Assembly (NCBI GenBank): GCA_032718475.1
Contig: JAUCBJ010006787.1
Location: forward strand, 1 to 59,622
Origin: Nemertoderma westbladi
Taxonomy: Eukaryota; Animalia; Xenacoelomorpha
Direction of reading: 5' to 3'
DNA length: 59,622 nt
Position numbers and translations under genes: made by a program. The first letter of the stretch is position 1. Each line of letters starts with the position of its first letter. Below are positions 13,001-24,950 of the stretch, piece by piece. Under the pieces are notes generated by a model. That model worked only from the letters and a program-made list of their open reading frames with translations, was not told where the DNA came from and did no database searches.

Positions 13001-14236
13001 ATCGGATAAACCTATGGTGGTAAAGGAACAGATTATGGTGGACAGAAGAGTAGAATCACAGCAGAAAGCACTAGGGATCGTATGGAACCGGGAGACAGAT
13101 GAGTTGGAATATCAACTGAGTCAGGAGGGTGCCGGGGTCCATACCAAGCGAGGCTATGTATCATACATAGCGATGATTTACGATCCACTAGTGTTAGCAT
13201 CCCCATTGTTAGTCACGGGGAAGCAGATACTTAAGAAGGTTTACAAGATCAAAGATGAATGGTAGGCGGAAGTCCCGATAGAGATATGTAAACAGTGGGA
13301 GAAATTGACAGGGGCTTAGAAGATATGGGAACTTACTACAGTATGCCGCGTGTATACTTCCTGGATGGAGACATGATTGAATTGGAACTGCATATGTTTT
13401 CTGATGTGCTTTATTTGGTACAGTGGAAGGGGAGTCATAAACCCAGACTAGCGTTCAGTAAAGCGAGGTCGACGTCACCAGATTCAGCATCAGTACCGAA
13501 ACTCGAGCTAACGGATGTGAGACTAGGAGTGAGAGCGACAGCATACTTGGTGGATACGATGCCAATTATAGTGGAATCACACTACTGGATGGATTCCATG
13601 ATAGTGTTGGGATGGTTGCATAACGAAAATACCCGATATCCCATATTCGTAGTGAATCGAGTGAACGAGATAAGAGCAACAACAGACTTGGACAAGTGGA
13701 AACGCGTACAACGCCACGCTTTCTCGAGAAAGCAAGAGTTGTGGCAGCATGGTTCACACTTCCTCAATGACAGGTCGAAGTGGCCATTGATGAGGAAAGT
13801 AGTTCCAACCAGAGAGGAAGTAATAGTAGAGGATGAGGGAACCGAATCGGAGGGGGGAGAAATGTTTAGCCAGTTATTGAGGGAGATTAATGAGGCACCA
13901 CCACGATCTAAGACGATAGAGTTGCGTGATAATCCAACAGATAGGTTACTCAGTTACAGCTCGAGTTGGTATAAGATGAAGAAGCTAGTGGCATACCTGA
14001 GGGCTTATGGAGAATTCCTTAGGGGGGCTGGTATGGGCATCAAGATAACACCCACCATTGATCTGGAAGGGGTGGCTAAAACCATGATACGATACGAACA
14101 AGGGAAGGGATACGGAGACAAAGTTGACCGTATTAGGCAACGCCTTCGTCCGGACAGCGAGATAGATGGAAAGATCAGATCCGTGGAGGTTAGAATTGGA
14201 GGAAAGATTGTGCAAAAGATAGGAAGACCTACATGA
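10080..14236 (+). pseudogene. Decayed Bel/Pao gag-pol (element B, family 2); most of the integrase deleted
   Basis: Gag knuckle remnants (CQLHRRGTHKTINC, LCHRCVVGGH), protease LVDSGA, TPFGW, RT SLNNYLLEGP / CDIEGMFNQV / FYVDD, YDPL, RNase H HMFSD..PKLEL..WMDS, then a jump to the C-terminal DGKIRSVEV. Many stops and frameshifts. Confidence 0.92.
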
Positions 14237-15219
14237 GGTAGGTAGGAGGGCACGTCCTAATTAGTTGAGTCGCGAGGGCGAGATGCCCTTCCCACACACA
14301 AAAACAAAACATAAAAATAATAAAAATAAAAACATAAATACGTACCAAGGTATATATAATTTAATTTAGGTAGGCATTATGTATGTCTGATGGGTATGAA
14401 TGTACCAATGTACATAATATTTGGTGTAGGTAGTTATAATCACGTACGTGGGATGGGTATGAATGAACCAAGGTACATAATTTACATACGCACCAAAATG
14501 CCAGGTCAATGGGACCAATATCAGTATATGATATGTACAGTAGTAGAATTAGAAGTGTACATAGTACCATAGTGAGGATTAGAAGGGTATATATTTTATG
14601 ATGGGCACAATATGCCAACGTAAGTAATAAATACCAAAATGCCAGGTCAATGGGACCAATAATAGTGCGTAATACGTACTACAGTAGGCACTGAGGGCAC
14701 CACGTTAGGATTTGAAGGGGGTGGGTAAGTAGGCGTAGTAGAATAGATTGTGTGTGTGTAGGCCGCACGAACTAGACTACTGTAGTGCATAGCCCATAGT
14801 ACAGACTTCGAGTATTGTTACAGAGCCAGAAAGCTGTCTGGTAGGAAGCTAGTACAACAATAAGAACATTGTAGCTAGTCTTTTTTGTAAACAAGTAGTG
14901 ATGAATTACTTATGTAAGTAATTGGGTAATAGGTAGAGTAATAGCATATAATTTGAAGAATATAGCATAATAGTAAAAATAAGAAAAATTGTGTCAACCA
15001 GGGTACTAGAAAATTCTAGAAACATAAATAAAAGTAATGGACAAAATTATAAATTAGGAGTAAAATTGGCACATAAGGGGAATATTTGTACAAAACATTG
15101 GCAAAAAGCAGATAGGAGGTAGGTCATCACTGATTTAAACTAATTAAAACCATACTTAGTTATCTCTAGCCCTACTGAGCCTTTGTAATGCACCACCAGT
15201 CTGGTGAGAGAGGAGAATC

Positions 15220-17378
15220 GTGATGGTGGAGAAACTAGTGAAGAAGAGGAAGTCGGAGAGGAGCGGGAAGGAACTACTAGTGGATTTCACGTTGAGACAT
15301 CCTCAGAATAAGACAAGGGAATACTACAAACGACTTCTGAAGAGTCAGAAAGCGCACGTGCTGCAAGATCAGTTTAGGGAGATGCACAAGCGACGACTGG
15401 TCACGATCTACGGGATGCCGTCGTTGGATAATGCGATCGATGAGTATCTTAGCTACATTGTAAAGGGGGACGAGGGTACTTTCGGCATACCAAAGTATAT
15501 GAGGGAACCACCTAGAAAGGAATGGAGTCAGTTTGTAGATTCTGTGGAGAGGGAGGATATATGGTCCTGGACGACGAGGGGACTGTAAAGGATGATGAAG
15601 GGCTGAGGAGGGGGTCAGGAGGGTCGGGTAGAAATATATTGCTGCATTTAGTGGTGCTGAACGGAGATATTTTTCTATTTGACATAGGGACCTACGGTAA
15701 GAAGAGCGAGCCAAAGTTGAACCATCTACCAGATGTGGTGCAGAAGCTAAGGTCAAAGACTATGATGAAGGTTGGATTGGCGATACGCGATGACACAGAG
15801 AGGATTATTGGACCAGGCACCCCGAATCTTCTGAACATGCGGGTAGTCTACATGGCTATGACGAAACCGGATGGATTGGGATTGGTGGACAACACAGGAC
15901 AATACGGAGCTGTGGCAAAGGGTCAGTTGATGGGACTCGTGTGCCACAAGCCGATGGAGTGGAACAAGTTCCAAGAGGAATACGGGGCAGAACTCAAGTG
16001 GGGAGCGAGACCGGGAAAGGAAGAGTTATATCACTTCCGGAAGGGGGCGATAAAGATATATCAGAAGAGATATGTCCTACAGGAGGACTGGATAATGATA
16101 GCACCCGAGGCAGAAGGGCGAGTCGGTGTTTTACAATACCTGACACCAGGTGGACAGAGAAGTAGACACACCGTACAGATGATGGAAGAAATGTGAGGCG
16201 GATAGAGAGGAGGAAAGAAAGCTAGAGGAAGTCACCAGGAAAGAGAGGAGGGAGGCAGCAGGTAGAGAGGCAGATATAAGGGGAGGGGAATATGATTTGA
16301 GGCCCAAGATTTGGATGAGTTGAGACCTCAGGTACATTCCGGCTAGGGGATGAGGTGGATTGGATGGAAGAGACACCAATACAGTCTACATCTGGACTGC
16401 AGGGAATGCCGATACATGGGGGGTCCGAGGGCGACTTTGGCAGGAAGAGGCCAAGAGCGATGGAGGAGTGGAGCGTTACAGGCGAGTACCAGGCCGGGAA
16501 GGGACATGGTGGATCAACAGGGATCCCGGGTTTGGGGCCGCTCGTGGCAGAGGAAGTAGAGGGGGACGAGATTGGGGAGATGCCGCCGATAGAGAGGATC
16601 GGCCAGGCGGACACGGTCTGGGTGGGCGGGAGAGTGGTGACAGCCAGCGGGGTGAGAGCCTTGGACACCCGGCAAGCGAGCCTTGGAGCACAGGGAGCCG
16701 GTGACGAACTTCCCAGCGAACATGATTCGGCTAGGTAAGCAACTGGGTACATCACCACAGTAGTGTTTGGGGAGACGATGCCGAGGGAGGAGGACATTGA
16801 CATGGGTAGGGAGGACAAGGTTGAAATGTTCACCTATTAGTGGTTCCATAGACCCAGGAGGCTATCCGGAGCCAAGGACGAGTTAGGGCGAGAGACAGTG
16901 ATATATGGTTGCGAGTACTGTGGGAGACTAACCCATCAGCAGAAGAATGGTCTGTATCGCTACCAGAAGTGGGCGACATGCCTATATTGCCACAGGTCTA
17001 CCCATTGGATGGGGGGCGTACCCAAGGCTGCACCACAGGTATTCGAAGTGTAAGTTTAGGGGGCATTTTGAGCATCAGTGCGACTGGATGGATAATGAGG
17101 AGAAGATCCATATTTACGAGGACTGGGTCAATGTCAGGGTCATTACTAGGCAAAGGATGAAGGCCCAGGAGTTCCCGTGGGGTTTTTTCAACATCAATCT
17201 ACCGGCCCATCTGAAGATTACTAAGAGGAGACTAGCATTCATATATCAGGAGGTAATGACAGCGGCATCACATGGTGGTGTTATTAACACCCAAAGATAT
17301 CTAGACATATGGTCGCCAGAGAACATGATGAAATTCAGGAAATTTCTGGTGGAGCATGTGCCGCGACGCGTGAGATGA
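15220..17378 (+). pseudogene. Accessory gene copy 2: DEDDy-like exonuclease plus tandem CCHC knuckles, downstream of element B pol
   Basis: ORF 15522-16196: MVLDDEG (ExoI DxE), LPDVVQKLRSKTMMKVGLAIRDD (ExoII), CHKP, YQKRYVLQED (ExoIII). Region 16905-17090 across frameshifts: CEYCGRLTH, CLYCHRSTH, YPRLHHRYSKCKFRGHFEHQC, then IYEDW...PWGFF. Confidence 0.8.
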
Positions 17379-18163
17379 AAATGATCTTGTAGGACTCTAC
17401 CATAGGGAAGCAGGAGGGGCACTCAGTGGGACCACCTGCGAAACGATATCGTAAATTGATAATGCCTGCACCCAAGGATCCAACAATGGGGCTTGGAAAG
17501 ACGGTATCAGCGCAGAGGAGTAGCCACAAGATCAAACAGGAGGGAAGAAAACGACCAAGGCAGGACGATGATAGGGGCAAGGAGATGATATGGTTTCCGG
17601 AGGGTACGGGAGAAGCACTCTAGAATTCTAGAACTGGTTACGTACGGTAGCCATACGGTGCCCCATACATACCACAAATAACTGTTGAAAGGTCCAGTAG
17701 TATACCACTTACAGGATCCTAGTAACGATGTATCTTACCGTAAGATCTAGTAGTACGGGCTCGTACAGTATCTGACAATAAATCCCAGTCCAGGGAGTCT
17801 AAATAAACAGATACAAATACGCGAACAACTACTGGCGAGGAACAGAGCCTGGTGTCTATTCTAATACGTGGGCGAGTCAAATGCCCGGCGAACTAGACAA
17901 AACAGGATACCCGTCCTCTAACCGGTGAGGCAGATGTACAGTCTACGGTGACAGACCAAACTCATGAGGAAACAATACCCGCGCAGCGAATCCTAACTAT
18001 CGCTAACAGACCCAAATACCGTAAACTTGCCGCGGTGTGATTTATATGGTTTATATAGGAGCTAGTGGATTAACAGACTACCGTAACAATACTGACCATA
18101 ATAAATCAGTCAAAAGGGGGTTGTACCTAAAGTAACGATACTGTCACTCAGGCAAAACAACAG

Positions 18164-19004
18164 TGTAAAAGCTTTGAAGAACATCTGATGGCCTTAGTTA
18201 TAAGAACGTAAATCTATTAACTTGTCATTTGACTTAACTCATTTCATATCGCATTTCATATAACTGAACACATACTGACTGTTCACCGCACTGTTTTAAT
18301 GCTGTTTTATATTGTGTTAATTGCTGTTTATATTGTGTTAATTGCTGTTTATATTAATGGATGTTATATTTGGAGAATACTGATAAATAATCGTAAACCC
18401 CTCAATCTTCTTGATACTGAGGTAAGTGGAGGAAGAGTCTACCGGTAGCAACTGTGACTCAAATTATAGTGGTTTTTTGTGTGAATTAAATGCTATTTCA
18501 TAATCCCTATGTGTGTCAGTTGCAATTCTCCCTTATATATGATAAAAATTAGTGACGGTTGGCAAATTAGTGTAAATTAGTGTGAAGTAGTGTGAAGTAG
18601 TATGAAGTCATATGAAGGTTAATAAAGCATCTCCTAAAGAATGCGCTATTTACGAAACTCCGTGGCCATCTAGTTGTGATTAGTGTAAGTCATAACTCTG
18701 TTTTTATACTTAAAGCGCATCGTCCTAAAGGAACTGTTAATATTTCCCCGAAAGTAAATATAGTTGTCAGAGATTATATAGTAGCAATCAATCGAATAAT
18801 ACAAAGTGGCCTACACCGCAATAACTTCCTAGGGAACCCGAATCCAGTCTCCCACACCGTGGGTCATACGCCGCGCACGGACTGGCTTCGGCGGATGTAA
18901 CTTCAGTACACCAGGTAATTGGTAAGGGCTAAAGTCGATTCATAATCAAAAGGACATTTTTAAAATTGGCAGGTTAAACTGCTAAAGGTCTAAAAGCGCG
19001 AACA
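18164..19004 (+). mobile_element. 5' LTR of a truncated family-1 Bel/Pao element (U3 internally deleted)
   Basis: Starts TGTAAAAGCTTT and ends ggcaggttaaactgctaaaggtctaaaagcgcgaACA, matching the reverse complement of LTR 51001-52185. Confidence 0.85.
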
Positions 19005-20101
19005 TTAATAGATTTTCATTCTTATTGCCCAGTAGGCAATAAACCCAAAACGTACTGGTAGGACGGTAAACTGGAGGCCTGATCCGAACTGGTACTTACA
19101 GGTACAACAGTATTAGTTCGATTGTGATAATTATATATACCGGTAGGTCTTAATATTTAATCGGGGACTGCAGCCCTGGTTTTTATTAGGATTTTACTTA
19201 TTTCTGTCAGTTTTATTTATCTGTAAGTGTAATATTGAGCAGAAGGCGTGTAAGCCTGCTCAGATTGTATAAATAATTTGTAGGCCGGATTGTTGTCTAA
19301 CTGTTGTTAGGTCTGAGGCGATTGCAGTGTATGTAGAGTGTCTGTCCGATAAAGTGCTAGTTAGGAAGGTGGAGGCATCCAGTGCTGTAAGGTAAATCCC
19401 CCACGAAAGAATAAGTCGTACTACGTAGTTAGAACGCTTACTAACTAACCATTTCGGAGATTGCATATACTGTGGTTTATTTAGGCTTGACAGTAGTCTG
19501 CCAGCATTTGGTCTGTGTTTTATTTGAATAGTATGTACGGGTAGCGTAATAATTATTATTCAGAGTTTATGCAAGTATTTGCAACCTACATCTCCCCAAG
19601 TTTATTCCTTACAGTAATTATGCTTGTTATGCATACTGTTATAGTTAAAGTAACCCCGGTACTACTTCAGGACTGCTTGGCGTAGGACAGACTGGTGATT
19701 TTGTGCTCCGGTCACTCCAGCAGATACCGTGGTTCTTTTGGATGTTCACGTATATTTAACTGCTAGTTATATGTTGTATAAGTACTTGTACCTAATTTAG
19801 GGTTTAGAGTACAGTGCTTTCCTGAAAGTGATTTAGTGTGTAGGCAGTATATTTGTGTTGTAACGTGGTTAATAGGTCTGTTTGCTCTGGTAGGCTTCGA
19901 TAATTAACCTCTAGGTATAGGACACTCCGGGTACATAATGTAGTGCTTATAGTGTAAGACTATAAGCCGTCAGACATTTCCTTATCTGGACAACGCAACG
20001 TACTTAATACTACTTTATTGGTTTCAAATGCCGTAATTTCCTGTCAGATTGTAAGAACCAGAAATTCTAACTCCTTGTTAGTCTGGTTTGTAAATTTCTT
20101 G
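19005..20101 (+). mobile_element. 5' leader of the truncated family-1 element
   Basis: Colinear with the reverse complement of about 49480-51000 (e.g. tgtgctccggtcactccagcagat, gtacttgtacctaatttagggtt); cut off by the TTAA insertion at 20102. Confidence 0.85.
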
Positions 20102-20105
20102 TTAA

Positions 20106-21935
20106 CCCTATTAGTACCGGGCTATAAAATGTTGTACAAATACTGGGGGGAGGGGGGGGGGGTCATATTGACCCCCCCCCCCCCCCCCCTCTAAAATCTA
20201 CAAATATTTACGAAAACGTCTGATTTTTTGTTTGTACGTAGGTGTCACTTGTCTGGATCCGACCGAAAAAAAAAAATTTCGAAAAAATGTACTGGGGTGG
20301 TTATATTGCAGAACCAAAATTACAAGTAGTGCACAATTTTCACAAAATTTGAAAGTTACATTTTCGGCTAATTATTTTTCAATACAGGTTTTCTGGGGTG
20401 CAAAATACATTGGAAAATATTTAAAAATGATATGATTACTATAAATGGCTGTTTAGTTCTCCCTGCGTAGGAAAAAAATGAAAAAAACAAGTAACCAGCA
20501 CTTTTCAGTTAGAACACAAAATTTTTATTTCACTTATATGATGCTAAAAATTCACATTTTCAGCTTTTCGAGGGCGCTGATTCTAATGGAATACATTTCT
20601 AATATGCCAGATCATTGCTACTTGTATTTTTCGGCGTAATTTGGCAAATTTTGGTGCTAGCACCAAATTTCGTACCCATCACCAAAAAGTACAAGTTTGC
20701 GATGTCCAGTGCTGTTTTTATTTATTCCATCGGATTCAGGACCCTCATAAACCCGTATAACGCAAGAAACAAGGTGATACTATCTAATTATCAATTTGCA
20801 TATTTTCCAAAATTTGGTGCGAAAAATACAAGTTTGAGAACTCTTATGAAATTTTTACTGATTCCATTGAATTCAGAACCATCACAAACCCGTATAACGC
20901 AAGAAACAAGGTGACACAATCAATTGATATATTTGATGGTTTTCAAAATTTGGTGCTAGCACCACATTTTGCACCCACATCCGAAAAATACAAGTTCGAG
21001 ATGTCTAGTTCGATAATTATATTTTCCATTGAATTCAGAACGGCCATAAACCTCTAAAACGCAAGAAATAAATTGTCAAAAGCAATTTTATCTATTGAAT
21101 GGATTTTCAAAATTTCGTGCTAGCACCGAAATTTGCACACAGCACCGAAAAATACAAGTTTGATACGCTTGGTGCAACTCGTATATATTTCATCGAATCC
21201 AGAACCCCAAAAAACCCCAATTGCGTAAAAAACAAGTTTCAAACAATCAATTTACAAAATTGACTTATTTCAAAATTTGGTGCTGGCACCAAAATTTGGC
21301 ACCCACCGAAAAAAACAAGTTTGAAATTTCTAAATCAATTTATATGAATTCCATCAAATTTCTAACACCAAAAAACCGGTGTAAATCAAAAATAGAGATG
21401 TTACAATTCATATTTAATGAAATGTTCCACCCAGGTTCCACCTTGGTGTAGTGGTTGCATTGAATTCACATCTCTTGTAGGTCGTGGGTTCGATCCTCAC
21501 ATGGACCAGGGCAGTTTTCGTTTCGGCACGAATGCTTTAAAGGGACCAGCCAGGGCGCATCTCTGCTTTGCATCCTTAAGTGGTAGCTAAATGAGTACTA
21601 GAGTTTCCTCTGGGGAGTAAAGTTCTGGGGGGACCGCACTGGAAATAAGTCGTCAGACTTTGTGCGTAATCCCTGGCCTAGTGGCCGAAGAAAATTTACT
21701 TTTACTTTACTTTTATGTAATTTTCAAAAAACGTCTCAAAAAAAGTGCCAAAAGTAGGGTTAAAAAATGGTGCTATAACTCGAAAAGTACCCAATATTTT
21801 TGAAAACGGTTTTCACTACTAGGAAGACAATAGATTTTTAGGAAAAGTCATAAAATTTCAGATTCCCAACTGCGTTTGTTTCAGAATTATAATAAAACCA
21901 CATCATATTGACCCCCCCCCCCGGGTTTAATAGGG
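20106..21935. mobile_element. Non-autonomous piggyBac-like DNA transposon
   Basis: TTAA on both flanks (20102-20105, 21936-21939); termini ccctattagtaccggg / ccgggtttaataggg; subterminal tcatattgacccc motif at both ends; internal degenerate tandem repeats at about 20640-21400; no transposase ORF. Confidence 0.8.
21434..21715 (+). mobile_element. tRNA-derived SINE nested in the piggyBac-like element
   Basis: Pol III A box TGGTGTAGTGG (21444-21454), B box GGTTCGATCC (21487-21496), about 200-bp body and a (TTTAC)n tail. Confidence 0.75.
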
Positions 21936-22847
21936 TTAAGGGCACCTTTATCGTTGTTGAAATCAAAGAGAACAAATATGTTCAATGATGAACGTCAGTG
22001 TGTGATATCTATCAACAAAATCCCTATAAGGTGATATCTGTCATGATATCACTGACATCAAATATCACTGTAAGGGACTCTCGTCATGTGTGGTGAGAAT
22101 ATTCTATGTTCCTTACCTTATACGATTCCTGAGTGTTGCACTAGCTGAATATCGACCTCCCTTCTAACTAGACCTCTGGTTTCTTTCAGGGAATCTGCCG
22201 TTGGATATACCAGTCGGGCGATATGTAATAGACTCCAGACTCCAGAGGTTGTGTCTTGAATGAGAATGATTGGTTTCACTTCCAATGTATATTGTTCTTA
22301 TATTCACTAGTCATATTGTCAATAGTGTTATTGCATGTTGCGTACAATGTATACACCAATAAACAAATGTCATAGGTTAAATAGCAGAGCAATGTAATGA
22401 AAGAGGGGTGATGCTTGATACAGAATCACACTCAAGAATGAAACTCCGCATCCAATATCGACATGTTAAATACACCAAATAGTACCATTATTAGATACTC
22501 GTCCTGACTGTGAATGTCTTGCCAACTCCCAAGCAATATTGTCACCTTTGTTTGCATAACAATGATTACCGTATACCTACTATACTTTCCTATTTTACAA
22601 TAACCACCATCTATAAATATTGCACCCATTTGGCTTCAACAAATATGCAGTGATTAATGTGTTTTGTACTCTCATATTGCTTTTTCACTGTTTGTTTGTT
22701 CATCATCACTCTGACACACCTTGTCATACCACACTGTAACTCAGTCGCTAGCCAGTATTACATCCACTGTTGGTACTCCCTTAACTACGCTCTTTATTGG
22801 TTTGGTATTATTCACTCGCAAATTATTGGTACTATTTTATGGTTCAG

Positions 22848-22970
22848 ATATTGATGAATGTGATACCGATACTGATAATTGCCACATTGATGCTAGCTGC
22901 ACAAATACTGTTGGTGGATTCAGATGTACTTGCAAACACGGCTATGAGGGAAATGGTGAATCTTGCACTG
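22848..22970 (+). CDS. Host exon encoding one calcium-binding EGF domain
   Basis: ttcAG acceptor, GTAAGT donor, 123 bp, phase 1-1; DIDECDTDTDNCHIDASCTNTVGGFRCTCKHGYEGNGESCT fits the cbEGF consensus with six Cys. Confidence 0.92.
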
Positions 22971-23084
22971 GTAAGTATTTAAATAACTATTTCAACTCCT
23001 TCATTCTAATTTAGTTTATAATATATAATAATTGACCAAAAGACTGGAAACCCAAAAAATGCATGGATATTCCTGTTTATCATG

Positions 23085-24320
23085 TATTCTCGCTTATTCT
23101 CAAATCTGATTGGCTAAACAATAGGGTGATATAACTGTATATCACCCAGCTAAAGCCAAAATACCCAATGTAACTACTATAATAACACTCCTAATACAAA
23201 ATTCTAGAACTTACACATTTATTGTTGTGTTTTAGACATTATTTTTGCACAGTCTTCCCAATGTTGAAAGAATTTATATCCATTCCCAACTGATTTAAAT
23301 CACTTTTGTAGCTAATAGGAATATAAAAGTTGCCAACCTGGAGCTAATATTGAAGTCCGCACTATACTGTAGTATAGCCTGTATGACCGTTTTTTGAAAA
23401 TTTTGCATCATCGTTTCGGTTAGAGTTCCGTATAGCACCACATTTATAAATCATATATCATTGATAAAATGGCAACATTGAGGAGTTGCAGAACAATATA
23501 AAAGTATTATATACTATTCTAGAATATAAATACAATAAAAAATTTAATGTTCTAGAACGTATAGCTAGTTTTTTTATTTTAACATTGCTAGTAAATTAAA
23601 ATGAAATATTTTTAAGTAAATTTCCTAATACTTTAAACTGAATATTGATAAAGTTTTTATGGGTTTATTTTTTTTCTTTTTATGTTTTTTTTTTAGTATT
23701 GAGTTTTTTTATTGAAATTTTTATTTTGAGTTTTATCACAAAAAATGATCACACACTGGCTGTACTACATACAGTACAGTATTATTACTGCAGTGCCTAA
23801 ATTCGTCATAAGATGACTTTCAGCAAACCCAGTAATATAAAGAGATTTGAAGAATATGCTTCCGGTGACAGAAAGCAACACTTCTTGCTAAACATCAAAG
23901 ACAGTCAAAACACGAAAACAGCAACAATTCCCATCAATTATAATTAGTAGTTATCTAGGTCTACAAGTAACAATTGCTTGTTCTGACTTAATATTAAATG
24001 AAATTGAACCCTTATCCCTACAATTGTTAATGTTCGGACAACTTGGAGGGAGGGGGGGGGGGGGGGGGGAGGGTTGCAAGGGTGTGTTTGTTTTAGTGGG
24101 GTCTGCGTTTCCCCAAACGTGAAAGATGAAAGAAGCTCATAAAATTTATCAGCGCAATAAGCTCTAATATACATGATAAACATATTATCATCGCCTGTCC
24201 CAGGTGATATACGGTTATAAAACCTTCAGCAAATAAATCATGTATAACTACTTCGGCCTGCGGCCTCAGTAATTATACGACTTATTTGCTTCAGGTTTTA
24301 TAACCGTATATCACCTATAA
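23085..24320. mobile_element. Probable non-autonomous DNA element (Crypton-like structure) with a long terminal hairpin
   Basis: Left palindrome gggtgatataactgtatatcaccc; right hairpin 24202-24316 with a perfect 24-bp outer stem and a tcggcctgcggcctc centre that contains the same sequence. Class assigned from recalled structure only. Confidence 0.45.
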
Positions 24321-24950
24321 TATACCTACCGTATAATCTCTGTTTATTGATATTCCTGATAATCCATTAGATGATGGGGAGAGTGAAACTTAAAACATAT
24401 ACTTATTTAATTTTTTACATTTAAACGCCAAAAGTGTCTCCTAGACAGTAGAACTTCCATAATAATAATTTATAAGCCTAAAGTGTGCGTGCAGGTCCGC
24501 AGCTTGTACAATGTACAATGATATAGTAATAGTCCCCAACAAGACAGGGGATGGGATAACTTGATATAGTAATAGTCCACAACAAGAGAGGGGATGGGAT
24601 AACTGTGGTAATATTGAATGTCCTGTCTTTACAACGACCTGTGGGCAAGTATGGTTTGTCGGCCGGATGGTTAAAACCCTCCATTAATTAAAAATGAATG
24701 AGCAGAATTTAATAAGTACTAATAACCCAATTTGATTTTTAATATTTAAAAAAATATGATTACAATAATGTTAAACAGATTTAAAATCTAATCCTTATCT
24801 CTTATCTCCCTATTTCTTAGCATGCGAGTATTCTTAGCCCGTGGGTATCCTTAGCGCGCGAAACAATAACGTTTATTGTTTTGGTTCCCCCAATACTCCT
24901 CTGAAACCTGCTCCTTTGCAACCTGCTCCTTTACTAATTCGCGGGCTAAG

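Noticed and set aside
17630-18163. Possible 3' LTR of element B
   Set aside because: No similarity to the family-2 LTR and no PPT-TG junction matching it; left unassigned.
21434-21510. tRNA gene
   Set aside because: A and B boxes are present but I see no convincing cloverleaf, and it continues into a SINE body with a simple-repeat tail.
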